A stretch of DNA of 64,000 bases from an uncultured Pseudomonadota bacterium (lineage in GTDB: Bacteria > Pseudomonadota > Gammaproteobacteria > Steroidobacterales > Steroidobacteraceae): NCBI GenBank assembly GCA_963726995.1, contig CAVSEP010000004.1:333381-397380 (forward strand). The letters run 5' to 3'. The notes below the pieces were generated by a model. That model ran no database searches. It had not been told where the DNA came from and worked only from the letters and a program-made list of their open reading frames with translations. Position 1 is the stretch's first letter. Every line of letters begins with the position of its first letter. The position numbers and the translations under genes were made by a program. Below, one piece after another: positions 44,190 through 54,193 of this stretch.

Positions 44190-46103
44190 ATGACAACCGA
44201 AACCTTTCCCATCGACCTTGGCAAACTGCTGCCGCTGAAGCTCAATCCCGCCGTCACCACCCTGACCGACGAGCAGCGCGCCGCATTGCGCCAGAACATT
44301 CAGCTGGCACGCGACGCCATCGTGTTCTTCACCGCACTGGCCGGCGCCCGCGGCCTGTCCGGTCATACCGGCGGCGCCTACGACACCGTGCCCGAGGTCA
44401 TGATCGTGCGCGCCTTCATCGCCTACGGCGCCCCCATCGTGCCGGTGTTCTATGACGAGGCCGGGCATCGCGTGGCTACTCAATACCTGCTGTCGGTACT
44501 CGACGGGCATATGCCGGCCGAGCGCCTGCTGCACTATCGCGAGTTCAACGCGGGACTCCCGGGTCACTCCGAGAGGGGGGTGACGCCCGGAGTCGAGTTC
44601 AGCTCCGGACGCCTGGGGCACCTTTGGGCCTTCTGCAACGGCGTGGCCATGGCCAATCCCGGCAAGGCCGTGGTGCTGCTGGGTTCCGACGGCAGCCAGA
44701 TGGAGGGCGATGATGCGGAAGCCGCGCGCCTGGCCGTCGGACGGCAGCTGAACATCAAGGTGCTGGTGGACGACAACAACGTCACCATCGCCGGACACCC
44801 GCAGGAATACATGCCGGGCTACGATCTGTCGCGCACGCTCAACGGCTACGGCCTGACCGCCGAGACCACCATGGGCGAGGATCTGGATGCGCTGTACGTG
44901 GACCTGTGCCGGGCCTTCAGCGATACCCGTCCGCATGCGCTGGTCATCAAGCGCCCCATGGCGCCGGGCATCGCCGGCGTGGAGGGCAGTCCGCATGCCC
45001 ACGAGGTACTCAAGGCCGACGTGGCCGTCCAGTACCTGCAGCAGCGCGGCGGCTATGATGCCGCCATTGCGTTGATCAAATCGGCGGTCGGCGAGAAATC
45101 GCCGCTGACCTACCAGGGCTCCAGCGGCGTGGGCAAGAACCGCGATGACTTCGGCAAGATCATCAACGGCATTCTCGATGCCCTGACGCCCGAACAGCGC
45201 CTCGCCAGCGTGCGGGTGTTCGACAACGACCTGGAAGGCTCCTGCGGCCTGGTTCACATCCGCAAGCAGCACCCGGAAGTGTTCGTACGCGGCGGCATCA
45301 TGGAGCGCGGCAACTTCTCCGCCGCGGCCGGCTTCGGTGCCAGCCCCGGCAAGCAGGGCATCTTCGCCACCTTCAGCGCATTCCTGGAGATGTGCCTGAG
45401 CGAGATCACCATGGCGCGCCTGAATTTCTCCAATGTGCTGGCCCATTTCAGCCACAGCGGCGTGGATGACATGGCCGACAACACCTGTCACTTCGGCATC
45501 AACAGCATGCTGGCCGACGGGGGGCTTGAGCCGCATCACGGCGCGGATACGACGCGTCTGTACTTCCCGGCCGACCAGCACCAGTTTGCCGCCTGCGTGA
45601 AGCGCATCTTCAACGACCCGGGACTGCGTTTCCTGTTCAGCACGCGAGCTCCGGTGCCCGACATCCTGGATGAGCAGGGCCGGCCCCTGTATGCCGGCAA
45701 ACCCTTTGATCCGTTGAGCGATACGGTGGTGCGCGAAGCGCCGGCCGGAGGCGGCTATGTCGTCGCCATGGGTGAGACCGTGTATCGGGCCCTGGATGCG
45801 GTGATCAGCCTGCAGAAGCAGGGCATCAAGGTGGGCCTGATCAACAAGGCCACCCTGAATGTGGTGGACCAGGCCATGATGCGACGCCTGGCCGCGGCGC
45901 CCTTCGTGCTGGTGGCCGAAGGCTGGAACGTCAAAACGGGCCTGGGTAGCCGCTTTGGCAGCCACCTGTTGCAGGTTGGCTTCAAGGGGCGTTACAACCA
46001 TGTGGGTGTATATCGCGAAGGTTGTGGCGGCCTATGGCAGCAGATGGGGCATCAGGGCCTGGATTCACCGGGCATCCAGGCGGCCGTCAAGGCGCTCATC
46101 TGA
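44190..46103 (+). CDS. transketolase-family thiamine-diphosphate enzyme
   Basis: GHTGGA, TPP motif GSDGSQMEGDDAEAA...LVDDNNVTIAG, then Pyr and C-terminal domains. 637 aa. Confidence 0.8.
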   Translation: MTTETFPIDLGKLLPLKLNPAVTTLTDEQRAALRQNIQLARDAIVFFTALAGARGLSGHTGGAYDTVPEVMIVRAFIAYGAPIVPVFYDEAGHRVATQYLLSVLDGHMPAERLLHYREFNAGLPGHSERGVTPGVEFSSGRLGHLWAFCNGVAMANPGKAVVLLGSDGSQMEGDDAEAARLAVGRQLNIKVLVDDNNVTIAGHPQEYMPGYDLSRTLNGYGLTAETTMGEDLDALYVDLCRAFSDTRPHALVIKRPMAPGIAGVEGSPHAHEVLKADVAVQYLQQRGGYDAAIALIKSAVGEKSPLTYQGSSGVGKNRDDFGKIINGILDALTPEQRLASVRVFDNDLEGSCGLVHIRKQHPEVFVRGGIMERGNFSAAAGFGASPGKQGIFATFSAFLEMCLSEITMARLNFSNVLAHFSHSGVDDMADNTCHFGINSMLADGGLEPHHGADTTRLYFPADQHQFAACVKRIFNDPGLRFLFSTRAPVPDILDEQGRPLYAGKPFDPLSDTVVREAPAGGGYVVAMGETVYRALDAVISLQKQGIKVGLINKATLNVVDQAMMRRLAAAPFVLVAEGWNVKTGLGSRFGSHLLQVGFKGRYNHVGVYREGCGGLWQQMGHQGLDSPGIQAAVKALI

Positions 46104-46134
46104 CGCGGTCCGAACAGGCCTGGCGACCACCGCT

Positions 46135-48171
46135 GTGGCCGCGCGACTAGGGCCTTCCCGGATTGCCGCCGGTGTGGTGCTGGCGGCGCTCTCGGCGGTG
46201 CACGCTGCCTGGGGCGCCGATCCGCTCAGCTACCGCGTGCGCCTGGATGGCGCGATCGCCAAGGACATCGAAACCACGCTGACCGCCAGCTCCGACCTGG
46301 AGACTCTGCGCAAGTCCGCGCCGGTGGGTCCGGTGGGCCTGATCCTGCGCGCCCGCGGGGACACGGTGCGACTGAAGACCGTGTTGGAGAGCTACGGCTA
46401 CTACGACAGCGCGGTGACGGCGACCATCGATGGGGAGACTCTGACCAGCGCCGACCTGGCCGACAAACTGGCGGCGCTGCCGGCCGGCAAGGATGCCGGC
46501 GTCGTGGTGGCGTTCACTCCCGGTCCGCAGTACCACCTGGGGAAGATCAGCATCGAGGGTGACCTGCCGGATGGCATGCGGGATCTGCTCAACCTGCACG
46601 CCGGTCAGGCGGCCATCGCCGCGGACGTGCTGATCGCCGGAACGCGCCTGCTCACGGCACTGCAGGATCGCGGCTATGCCTTCGCCAAGGTCGATGTGCC
46701 GGTGGCCGACCTGTTGCCGGACTCCCACGAGATGGAGGTGAGCTTTCACGTGCAGACTGGCGTGATCGCCCGCTTCGGGGCCATCAGCGTGACCGGGCTG
46801 CAGCGCACCCGGCTGGCCGCGGTGCTCTCGCGACTGGGCCTGCATGCCGGAGATCAGTACAGTGCCCAGGCGCTGGATCGGGCGCGCCGCAACCTCCTGG
46901 CCATGGGCGTGCTCGGCAGTGTCGATGTGAAGATCGCAACGGCGGTGGACGAGAATGGCGCGGTTCCCGTGACGTTTCTGGTGACCGAGCGCCAGCGTCA
47001 CGACGTGGTGTTGAACGCCGCCTACTCAAGCGATCTGGGCGGCAGCGGCGGAGTCACCTGGAGTGATCACAATCTGCTGGGCAGCGCCGAGGAACTGGTG
47101 CTGTCCGCCTCGGTGATCAACATCAAGGGCAGCGCCACCGACGGCGTCGGCTATGACACCGGCGCAAAATTCATCGTGCCGGAGTTCCAGCAGTATGCGC
47201 AAACCCTGCAGGTGTCGCTCGATGCCATCAAGCAGTCGCTGCTGGCCTATGACCAGCGTGCCGAAACTGCCGGATTGACCCTGATCCGCAACTTGTCCAA
47301 GAGCTGGAGCGCCAGTGTCGGCGTCACCGCCACGGTGGATGCGATCACCCAGCCTCAGGAACTCATCGTCCCGGCCCTGAACAAGGCCAACTTCTTCTAC
47401 ACCCTGTTCGCCCTGCCGCTGAGCCTGCGGTACGACTCGACCGGCCTGTCCTCGCCCTTGCTCGATCCTACGCATGGCATCCGCGCGGCGCTGACCGTCG
47501 CTCCGACCCTGTCCCTGGGACCGCCCGACGCCACCTATGTCATCAGCCAGTTCCGTGCCTCGGCGTACCTGGACCTGCATGACTTTTCCTGGACCGCACC
47601 CGGCCGCACGGTCATCGCGCTGCGTGCACTTTATGGTTATGCGCAGGGCGCCAAGGTCATTGACCTGCCGCCGGACCAGCGTTTCTATGCCGGGGGCAGC
47701 GGCACCCTGCGCGGTTACCCGTTTCAGTCGGTAGGCCCGCAGTTCTCGAAATTCTGCGGCCCTCCCGGAGGGCCAATCCCGGTACCGCCGAACGCGAGCC
47801 TGCAGGTCGCATCAGCTTTCTGGCAGTTCTGTAACGCAGCCAAGCCGCTAGGTGCGACGCCATTCGGATCGAACTTCTCGATTAACACCCCGGTGGGCGG
47901 TGTGGCCGTGCAGGCCGTGAGCGTGGAATTGCGCCAACGCGTGGGTACTCACTATGGCTTTGCGGTTTTCGCCGACGGCGGAACCATCGGTCAGTCCGCG
48001 CTGCCATTCAGTGGCCAGTTTCAAGTTGGCGTCGGCACGGGTGCGCGTTATTACACGCCTATCGGCGCCATACGGTTCGACATTGCCTTTCCGTGGCAGC
48101 TGCCGGCGAACGAAGTCGGCTCGCGCGCGCGCGGACTGCAAGTTTATATCGGTCTGGGACAGTCCTTCTGA
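46135..48171 (+). CDS. tamA: TamA (BamA/Omp85-family outer-membrane translocation and assembly module)
   Basis: Signal AAGVVLAALSAVHAAWG from the GTG at 46135, POTRA repeats and a 16-strand-type barrel ending in the OMP beta-signal ...VYIGLGQSF. TGATG junction with tamB. Confidence 0.8.
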   Translation: MAARLGPSRIAAGVVLAALSAVHAAWGADPLSYRVRLDGAIAKDIETTLTASSDLETLRKSAPVGPVGLILRARGDTVRLKTVLESYGYYDSAVTATIDGETLTSADLADKLAALPAGKDAGVVVAFTPGPQYHLGKISIEGDLPDGMRDLLNLHAGQAAIAADVLIAGTRLLTALQDRGYAFAKVDVPVADLLPDSHEMEVSFHVQTGVIARFGAISVTGLQRTRLAAVLSRLGLHAGDQYSAQALDRARRNLLAMGVLGSVDVKIATAVDENGAVPVTFLVTERQRHDVVLNAAYSSDLGGSGGVTWSDHNLLGSAEELVLSASVINIKGSATDGVGYDTGAKFIVPEFQQYAQTLQVSLDAIKQSLLAYDQRAETAGLTLIRNLSKSWSASVGVTATVDAITQPQELIVPALNKANFFYTLFALPLSLRYDSTGLSSPLLDPTHGIRAALTVAPTLSLGPPDATYVISQFRASAYLDLHDFSWTAPGRTVIALRALYGYAQGAKVIDLPPDQRFYAGGSGTLRGYPFQSVGPQFSKFCGPPGGPIPVPPNASLQVASAFWQFCNAAKPLGATPFGSNFSINTPVGGVAVQAVSVELRQRVGTHYGFAVFADGGTIGQSALPFSGQFQVGVGTGARYYTPIGAIRFDIAFPWQLPANEVGSRARGLQVYIGLGQSF

Positions 48172-51100
48172 TGTCACGACTCCCCCGCATTGCTCTGGTC
48201 ATCATCGCAGTACCGCTATTGCTGGTCGCGATAGTGTCGGGCGCAGTATTTGCGGTGGGAAACACGGACTGGGGCCGCCAGCGCGTTGAATCGCTGGTCG
48301 CCTATCTCACGTCCAATCACGTGCAGCTGATCGGGCTGGGAGGTGAGTTCCCCGGTCGGCTCACGCTGCGCGAACTGAAGCTCAGCGACTCGCAGGGTCT
48401 GTGGCTGCAGGCCCAGGACCTTGAGGTGCAGACCTGGAATCCCTGGGCGCTGCTGCACAGACGTGTTGAGATCGGCACGGGCCATGTGCGTCAGATCGAC
48501 TGGTTCCGGCTGCCGGTTTCCAAGTCGCACCGGCCCGGGCGTGGCCGCATTCCGGATATCGAAGCGCGTGAGCTCACCGCCGACGTCGTGCACCTCAGTG
48601 CCGCGCTCGCCGGCACGGCCGCGACCGTCAATCTGCATGCGGGCGCGCACCTGCGCAGCCTGATGGACATGCAGATGGCCTTCGCCGGCACGCGCCTGGA
48701 CGGTCCCGGCACGTATTCATTCCAGCTGGCATTCGATCAGCAACGCATGGACGCCGTTATCAACCTGCGGGAACCTGCGCAAGGGCCGCTCGCCGGCCTG
48801 CTGGGCGTACCGGCCATCGGTGCGGTGCAGGTCGCTGGGGAGCTCACGGGCCCGCGCAATGCCGAGCATGTCAAACTGCAGGCCGATCTGGGTGACCTGC
48901 ATGCCTCGGCCACCGGCGCGGTGGATCTCATTCACCGCTCGGCCGATCTGGAATATTCAGCCGAGGCCGGTGCGATGGCGCCGCGCGCCGATCTGTCGTG
49001 GCAGCAGCTTCACGTGCGGGGCAGCTGGCATGGAGCCTTGTCGAGCGCCGCGGCCGCCGGTGATGTCAAACTGCTGGCGCTGGTGCTTCCGGACGGGATC
49101 CGGATCGGCGCGCTCGATGCGTCGCTCGAAGCGCACGCGGGAGATCTGAGCGCCCATGCGCGCCTGGTCGATGCGAGCGCACCGGGAATGTCTGCGGGTC
49201 TGCTGTCCGGTGCACCGCTGCTCGTCGAGGGTTCGATCCGTCTCGAGGAGGCGGCCCGACCCTTCCAGCTGCAGGTCTCGCATCCGGACTTCGAGCTGCG
49301 CGCCAAGGGGCAGGCCGCGGGCGCACGCGCTGTGGATGCGGATCTGAATGCGGCCAATGTCGCGCCCTTGCTGCAGTCCCTGCCGGGAGGACTCACCGGT
49401 CCGCTGCACGTGCACGCGACCGTGCAGCAGCAGGGCAGTCAATACCAGGGACGCCTGAGTGCCACGGGCAATTTGGATTCGACGCTGCCGGCATTGCATC
49501 CGTGGCTGCGCGGGCCCGAGAGCGCCGATCTCCGCGCCACTTTCGGCGCAGGCGACGTGAAGGTCGAATCCTCCTCGGTGTCCAACAAGGCGCTGAGCGT
49601 GTCGCTGTCGGGCCGACTGTCGGCATCGACGGGTTCGGATGCGTCCTGGACGGTCACCGGAAAATCCCGGGCGACGCTCGCGGATCTGTCGGCGCTGTTG
49701 CCCGGCTTGTCCGGACACGCCGACATCCGGGCCGATCTGGCCGGTACCACCCAGGCGATGCGCCTGGCCGGTGAACTGCAGGCTTCGGTGGCCGTCGGGG
49801 ACTCCGCTCCCGGGGCGGTGCGCGGCACCTTTGAGCTGGCGGACCTGCCGCACGCACCGCGGGCGCGGGCACAGTTGCAAGGCCAGCTGGCCGGTGAGCC
49901 GCTGACGCTGCAGGCGGATCTGCAGGACAATCCCGGGCAGGCGGTGCATATCCGGGTGCCGCAGGCCGACTGGCAGAGCCTTCATGCCCAGGGCGACCTG
50001 ACGCTGGCGCATGACCTGGATCAATCCGCGGGCCAGTTCAAATTGTCGGTCGCGAAACTGAGTGATCTGAATCAGCTGTTGGGTCGGCATTTTGGCGGCA
50101 GCCTCGCGGCGGCGCTGACCCTGATGCCGGCATCGAAAGGCGCCGGGGCCACCGCCCAAACCAGTCTGGAGGTCACCACCGAGGGCCTGCGGGTGGGCGG
50201 GTTGAGTGTCAACGCCAAGCTCACGGGCACCGGACCGCTGCATGCCCTGCAGCTGTCGCTGGCCGCGCAATCCGAAGTCCTGGGAGCCGCCTCGCATGTG
50301 GAGGCGCAGGGCCTGATGGATACCGCCCGCAGAACGGTGCAGTTGACGGCGACCACGGGGCTGGTGCGCGGCGTGCCGATCAAGCTGCTGCAGCCCGCGG
50401 CGCTGGACTTCGGGCGCGGCATTTCACTCGCCGACTTGCATGCCAGCCTCGCCGACGCGCAGCTGCAGGCGGCCGGTCAGATCTCACCGCAGCTGCAGTT
50501 CCACGCCGAACTCGCGGATGCCACCGCCGGCCTGATCGATGCGGTGCTGCCCGGCTACCTGGCGTCCGGAAAACTGCTGGGCACGCTGCAGCTGCAGGGC
50601 ACCGTGGCGCATCCGCTGGGGGAGTTGAAGGTCACCGGCACGGACCTGCGGGCGGCCGGCGATGCCGGGAGTCTGCCGCCGGTGCAGCTCACCGCCACGA
50701 TTGATATGGCAGCCGATGGCGCGCGGCTGGCGCTGCGCACTTCGGCCGGCAATTCCACCCATATGACGGTGCAGGGGAGCATTCCCTGGAGCGGTCCCAT
50801 CGCCGTGGATGTCAACGGCAACATCGACCTGACGCGCCTGAACCCCCTGCTGGAAAGCGCCGGTCGGCGGATCACGGGAACTCTGGACGTGAATGCCCAG
50901 GTGGCCGGTACTCTCGATGCACCCACCGTCAAGGGCTCGGTGCAGCTGCACAAGGGTTCGGTCCACGATTACCGGCATGGCGTGGACCTCACCGAGATCG
51001 AGGGCAACCTGGAAGGCACGCAGAATGAACTGCGCATCACGCGCCTCACCGCCCATTCCGCCTCGGGCACGGTCGCCGTCACCGGCACGCTCGGCGTGCT

Positions 51101-52127
51101 GCAGGGGGGCTGGCCGCTGGATCTGCGCTTCACGGCGCACGATGCGCAGCCCTTGAGCAGCAGCATCGTGACCGGGGTGGTGAACGCCGATCTCACCCTG
51201 CAGGGCACCGCGCTGCATGAACTGACGCTGGCCGGCATCATCGGCATCGACAGGGCGACGGTGGAAATCCCCAACAGTCTGCCGCCCAACGTGGCAGTCC
51301 TCAATGTACGGCGGCCCGGACAGCAGCGCGCGCCCGCCACCCTCATCGGCCCGGTCATCAATCTGAAGGTGACCGTGAATGCCCCGCGCCAGATCCTGGT
51401 CAAGGGTCGCGGCCTGGACGCCGAACTGGGCGGCCGCGTGGAAATCGGCGGCACGGCCAGGGCGCCGACCGTCGCCGGCGGATTCGACCTGCAGCGGGGC
51501 CAGTTCTCCCTGGCCAGCAGCCGCCTCAACTTCACCTCCGGACGGGTGAGCTTCGCGGGCTCGGATGTCACCGGCACGATCGATCCGACGCTGGATTTCA
51601 CGGCGCAGACGACTGCGCTGGATGCCACCGTGACCTTGCGCATCACGGGCGTGGCGGATGCGCCCCAGTTCGAACTCACCAGCGCACCCCCCATGCCGCA
51701 GGATGAAATCCTGGCGCGCATGCTGTTCGGCGAGAACTCCGGGCAGCTGTCGGCGATCCAGGCCGCGCAGCTGGGCGCCGCACTGGTGACCCTGACGGGC
51801 GTCGGCAGCGGTTTGAATCCACTGGTGGAGCTGCAGAAGCACCTGGGCCTGGATCGCCTGGCGGTGGGCAGCAATGAACCGAATACGCCCGGCAATACCC
51901 AGAACACCGGCGCCACCATCGAGGCGGGCCGCTATGTCACCAATCGGATTTTCGTGGATCTGAAGCAGAACACCACCGGATCCACCCAGCTGCAGGTGGA
52001 CGTGGATCTGACGAATAAGCTGAAACTGCAGACCCGGGTGGGCACCGGCACGGCCACCGTGCAGGGCACCACGCCGGACAACGACCCGGGCAGCAGCGTC
52101 GGTCTATCGTACCGGTTTGCCTATTGA
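48171..52127 (+). CDS. tamB: TamB (translocation and assembly module inner-membrane-anchored subunit, DUF490)
   Basis: N-terminal anchor IALVIIAVPLLLVAIVSGAVFAV, a long Ala/Gly/Leu beta-rich body and a DUF490-type C-terminus (...GRYVTNRIFVDLKQ...LKLQTRVG...GLSYRFAY). Confidence 0.85.
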   Translation: MSRLPRIALVIIAVPLLLVAIVSGAVFAVGNTDWGRQRVESLVAYLTSNHVQLIGLGGEFPGRLTLRELKLSDSQGLWLQAQDLEVQTWNPWALLHRRVEIGTGHVRQIDWFRLPVSKSHRPGRGRIPDIEARELTADVVHLSAALAGTAATVNLHAGAHLRSLMDMQMAFAGTRLDGPGTYSFQLAFDQQRMDAVINLREPAQGPLAGLLGVPAIGAVQVAGELTGPRNAEHVKLQADLGDLHASATGAVDLIHRSADLEYSAEAGAMAPRADLSWQQLHVRGSWHGALSSAAAAGDVKLLALVLPDGIRIGALDASLEAHAGDLSAHARLVDASAPGMSAGLLSGAPLLVEGSIRLEEAARPFQLQVSHPDFELRAKGQAAGARAVDADLNAANVAPLLQSLPGGLTGPLHVHATVQQQGSQYQGRLSATGNLDSTLPALHPWLRGPESADLRATFGAGDVKVESSSVSNKALSVSLSGRLSASTGSDASWTVTGKSRATLADLSALLPGLSGHADIRADLAGTTQAMRLAGELQASVAVGDSAPGAVRGTFELADLPHAPRARAQLQGQLAGEPLTLQADLQDNPGQAVHIRVPQADWQSLHAQGDLTLAHDLDQSAGQFKLSVAKLSDLNQLLGRHFGGSLAAALTLMPASKGAGATAQTSLEVTTEGLRVGGLSVNAKLTGTGPLHALQLSLAAQSEVLGAASHVEAQGLMDTARRTVQLTATTGLVRGVPIKLLQPAALDFGRGISLADLHASLADAQLQAAGQISPQLQFHAELADATAGLIDAVLPGYLASGKLLGTLQLQGTVAHPLGELKVTGTDLRAAGDAGSLPPVQLTATIDMAADGARLALRTSAGNSTHMTVQGSIPWSGPIAVDVNGNIDLTRLNPLLESAGRRITGTLDVNAQVAGTLDAPTVKGSVQLHKGSVHDYRHGVDLTEIEGNLEGTQNELRITRLTAHSASGTVAVTGTLGVLQGGWPLDLRFTAHDAQPLSSSIVTGVVNADLTLQGTALHELTLAGIIGIDRATVEIPNSLPPNVAVLNVRRPGQQRAPATLIGPVINLKVTVNAPRQILVKGRGLDAELGGRVEIGGTARAPTVAGGFDLQRGQFSLASSRLNFTSGRVSFAGSDVTGTIDPTLDFTAQTTALDATVTLRITGVADAPQFELTSAPPMPQDEILARMLFGENSGQLSAIQAAQLGAALVTLTGVGSGLNPLVELQKHLGLDRLAVGSNEPNTPGNTQNTGATIEAGRYVTNRIFVDLKQNTTGSTQLQVDVDLTNKLKLQTRVGTGTATVQGTTPDNDPGSSVGLSYRFAY

Positions 52128-52940
52128 GCGGGCGAGCACGCCGTCCAGGGCGCGTCGCACCTGCAAACCGCAATCCTCGAGGCGCTGCAGCACCTCGCCC
52201 TGCACATCGCGTCCGCTGGTGAGCTTGTTGGGACTGCCGGTGTAGTGGAACAGCGCGCCGCCGGGTTTGAGCACCCGCGCCAGCTGCAAGTAGAACTGGC
52301 GCGAATACAGCTCGCCGGCAATGCCGAAGCGCGGCGGATCGTGCAGCACCACATCGAATGACGCCGCGGGAAGCGACTCGATCTGGGTGTCGATGCCCAC
52401 GTTGCGCACTTCCAGCACGGCATTCGCGCGTGGCGACCAGGGATTCAGTTCGCGCAGCCACAGCACGCTGGGATTCTTTTCACACGAGAGCACGTGCGTG
52501 GCCCCCAGGCGCAGGCACCAGGCCGCGAAATAGCCCAACCCGCCGCAGGTGTCCAGCACCCGGCGCTGCCGCACGCCGACCAGCTCGACCTTGCGCCGCG
52601 CATCCTCGAAGGGCGAGTCCTGCGACGTGGGCAGCATCTTGATGCCGTCGATTTCGAAGGTGGGTGCGCCCCAGGGTGTGGGCACCAGCTTGATCAGTGA
52701 GCCTGCGTAGACCGATGCAGCTTCGAAGCCGCTGCCGTTCCAATAATAGATGGTGCGGTCCCTGATCTTTCCCGGCCAGGGGTAGTTCACACCGCCGACG
52801 CTGAATCCGGACGCCGCCACGCTCACCTGCACCTCGGTGCGGCCCAGATCCAGCGAGCAGGCGCATTCACTGGCGCCGCCCGCCAGCGCCTGGCACATCA
52901 GGGCATGGGTTTCAGCCGTCAGCAGCGGTACGAGGGGCAT
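52104..52940 (-). CDS. class I SAM-dependent methyltransferase (DPPxF/Y-type)
   Basis: Motif I VLDTCGGLGY and motif IV VLHDPPRFG. An N-terminal extra domain of about 110 aa. The 3' end overlaps tamB convergently by 24 nt. Confidence 0.75.
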   Translation of the reverse strand: MPLVPLLTAETHALMCQALAGGASECACSLDLGRTEVQVSVAASGFSVGGVNYPWPGKIRDRTIYYWNGSGFEAASVYAGSLIKLVPTPWGAPTFEIDGIKMLPTSQDSPFEDARRKVELVGVRQRRVLDTCGGLGYFAAWCLRLGATHVLSCEKNPSVLWLRELNPWSPRANAVLEVRNVGIDTQIESLPAASFDVVLHDPPRFGIAGELYSRQFYLQLARVLKPGGALFHYTGSPNKLTSGRDVQGEVLQRLEDCGLQVRRALDGVLARSIGKPVR

Positions 52941-52943
52941 CCC

Positions 52944-53618
52944 TCAATGCGATTCCTTGGCCACAAGGTACTTCACCAGCTGGATCACCTGGTCCGCGCC
53001 GCCGGCTGACTGGGTGCCCAGGCGATACTTGCCGTTCACGATGATGGTCGGCGTGGAGTCGACCTGGCCGTGCAGCACATAGGCGTCATCCGCCTTCATC
53101 TTCACTTCCACCGCGAAGGACTGACTGACCGAAACGAACTTGTCCACCGGCACACCGGTGAGCTTGTTATAGACCTTGGCGGCATCCTGGATCGAGGGCA
53201 GCGGGCTTCTGATGCGGTTGGTCTGCGGATCTACTACCGAAAGTTCGCCGCTCTTCCAGATGGCGTCGAATATCCCGTCATTGGCCTTGTCGGCGATGCC
53301 CAGCACTTCAGCGGTGACGTAGGCGCGCTGGAACATCGGCCAGTCCTCGGCCGGATTGAAGGAAGCCGGCCGCTGCACGAACACGGCATTCGGCGGCAAG
53401 GCCGCCTTCAGCTGTTTGATGACGGGCCGGAACTCCGAACAATGCGGACAGCCGTAGGAGAACACCTCGGTGACTTCCACCTTGCCCGCCGGCACGCTGG
53501 TCTGCAGCGTCGGGGTGACCAGGAAGTAGTGCTTGCCCTCGGTCCAGGTCTGGCCCTGGGCCATCAGGGGCAGGGCCGTGGCGGCGAGTGTGAACAGGGC
53601 AAGGAGGCGTCGAATCAT
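52944..53618 (-). CDS. dsbA: thiol:disulfide interchange protein DsbA
   Basis: Signal LALFTLAATALPLMAQG, active site FSYGCPHC, and typical DsbA length and C-terminal region. Confidence 0.9.
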   Translation of the reverse strand: MIRRLLALFTLAATALPLMAQGQTWTEGKHYFLVTPTLQTSVPAGKVEVTEVFSYGCPHCSEFRPVIKQLKAALPPNAVFVQRPASFNPAEDWPMFQRAYVTAEVLGIADKANDGIFDAIWKSGELSVVDPQTNRIRSPLPSIQDAAKVYNKLTGVPVDKFVSVSQSFAVEVKMKADDAYVLHGQVDSTPTIIVNGKYRLGTQSAGGADQVIQLVKYLVAKESH

Positions 53619-53658
53619 GGCTGAACTTCCGCGGCAATGTCGAAGTGAGAGGCGGCCA

Positions 53659-54183
53659 TTATGCCTGCACGGGCGTCAGATGCAGTTCGGCCTTGGGCAG
53701 GGGCACCAGCACCGCAGCGGCTTCCTCCGTCGTGCCGGTGAGCCAGGCGGCCTGCTCGGCGGGTCCCAGGATGACCGGCCCGCCATCGGGCAGCAGTACC
53801 AGGGCGCAGCTCTCGATCATCGGGCCGTCGACCGGCTGCGAGCGATCCCACAGCGCGGCCAGGCCGAATACTTCGTGGCGACGGGGCCGAACCTGCCAGC
53901 GGCAGGGCCGCCCCTGGTCATCGATCGTTGCATACTGGTAGCTGGTGGCCAGCTGCAGGCAGCGTTGTCCGTTCACCCAGGGGCCACGGTACAGCTCCGA
54001 GTTCGCGAGGCCCTGCAGCGGCACGTGAATCACGGGTCGCTCCCCGGCGATGCCGCGGGCGGCAAACGGAATCAAGCCCCAGCGCATGGCCAGCTGTTCG
54101 CGCGGCCCGTCGAATTCCCGCAACACCGGCACCGGTTGGCCGGGAAGAGCTTCGCCATGGGTAAATTGGTATTGCTCGCACAT
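53659..54183 (-). CDS. divergent, short SRAP (SOS-response-associated peptidase / YedK, DUF159)-like protein
   Basis: Starts with MC (nucleophile Cys2), followed by MRWGLIPFAA, RCLQLATSYQY and FGLAALWD. It has only about 174 aa, and the usual GR after Cys2 and the H.RMPV motif were not seen (GPVIL instead). Confidence 0.5.
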   Translation of the reverse strand: MCEQYQFTHGEALPGQPVPVLREFDGPREQLAMRWGLIPFAARGIAGERPVIHVPLQGLANSELYRGPWVNGQRCLQLATSYQYATIDDQGRPCRWQVRPRRHEVFGLAALWDRSQPVDGPMIESCALVLLPDGGPVILGPAEQAAWLTGTTEEAAAVLVPLPKAELHLTPVQA

Positions 54184-54193
54184 TGCGGGATCT

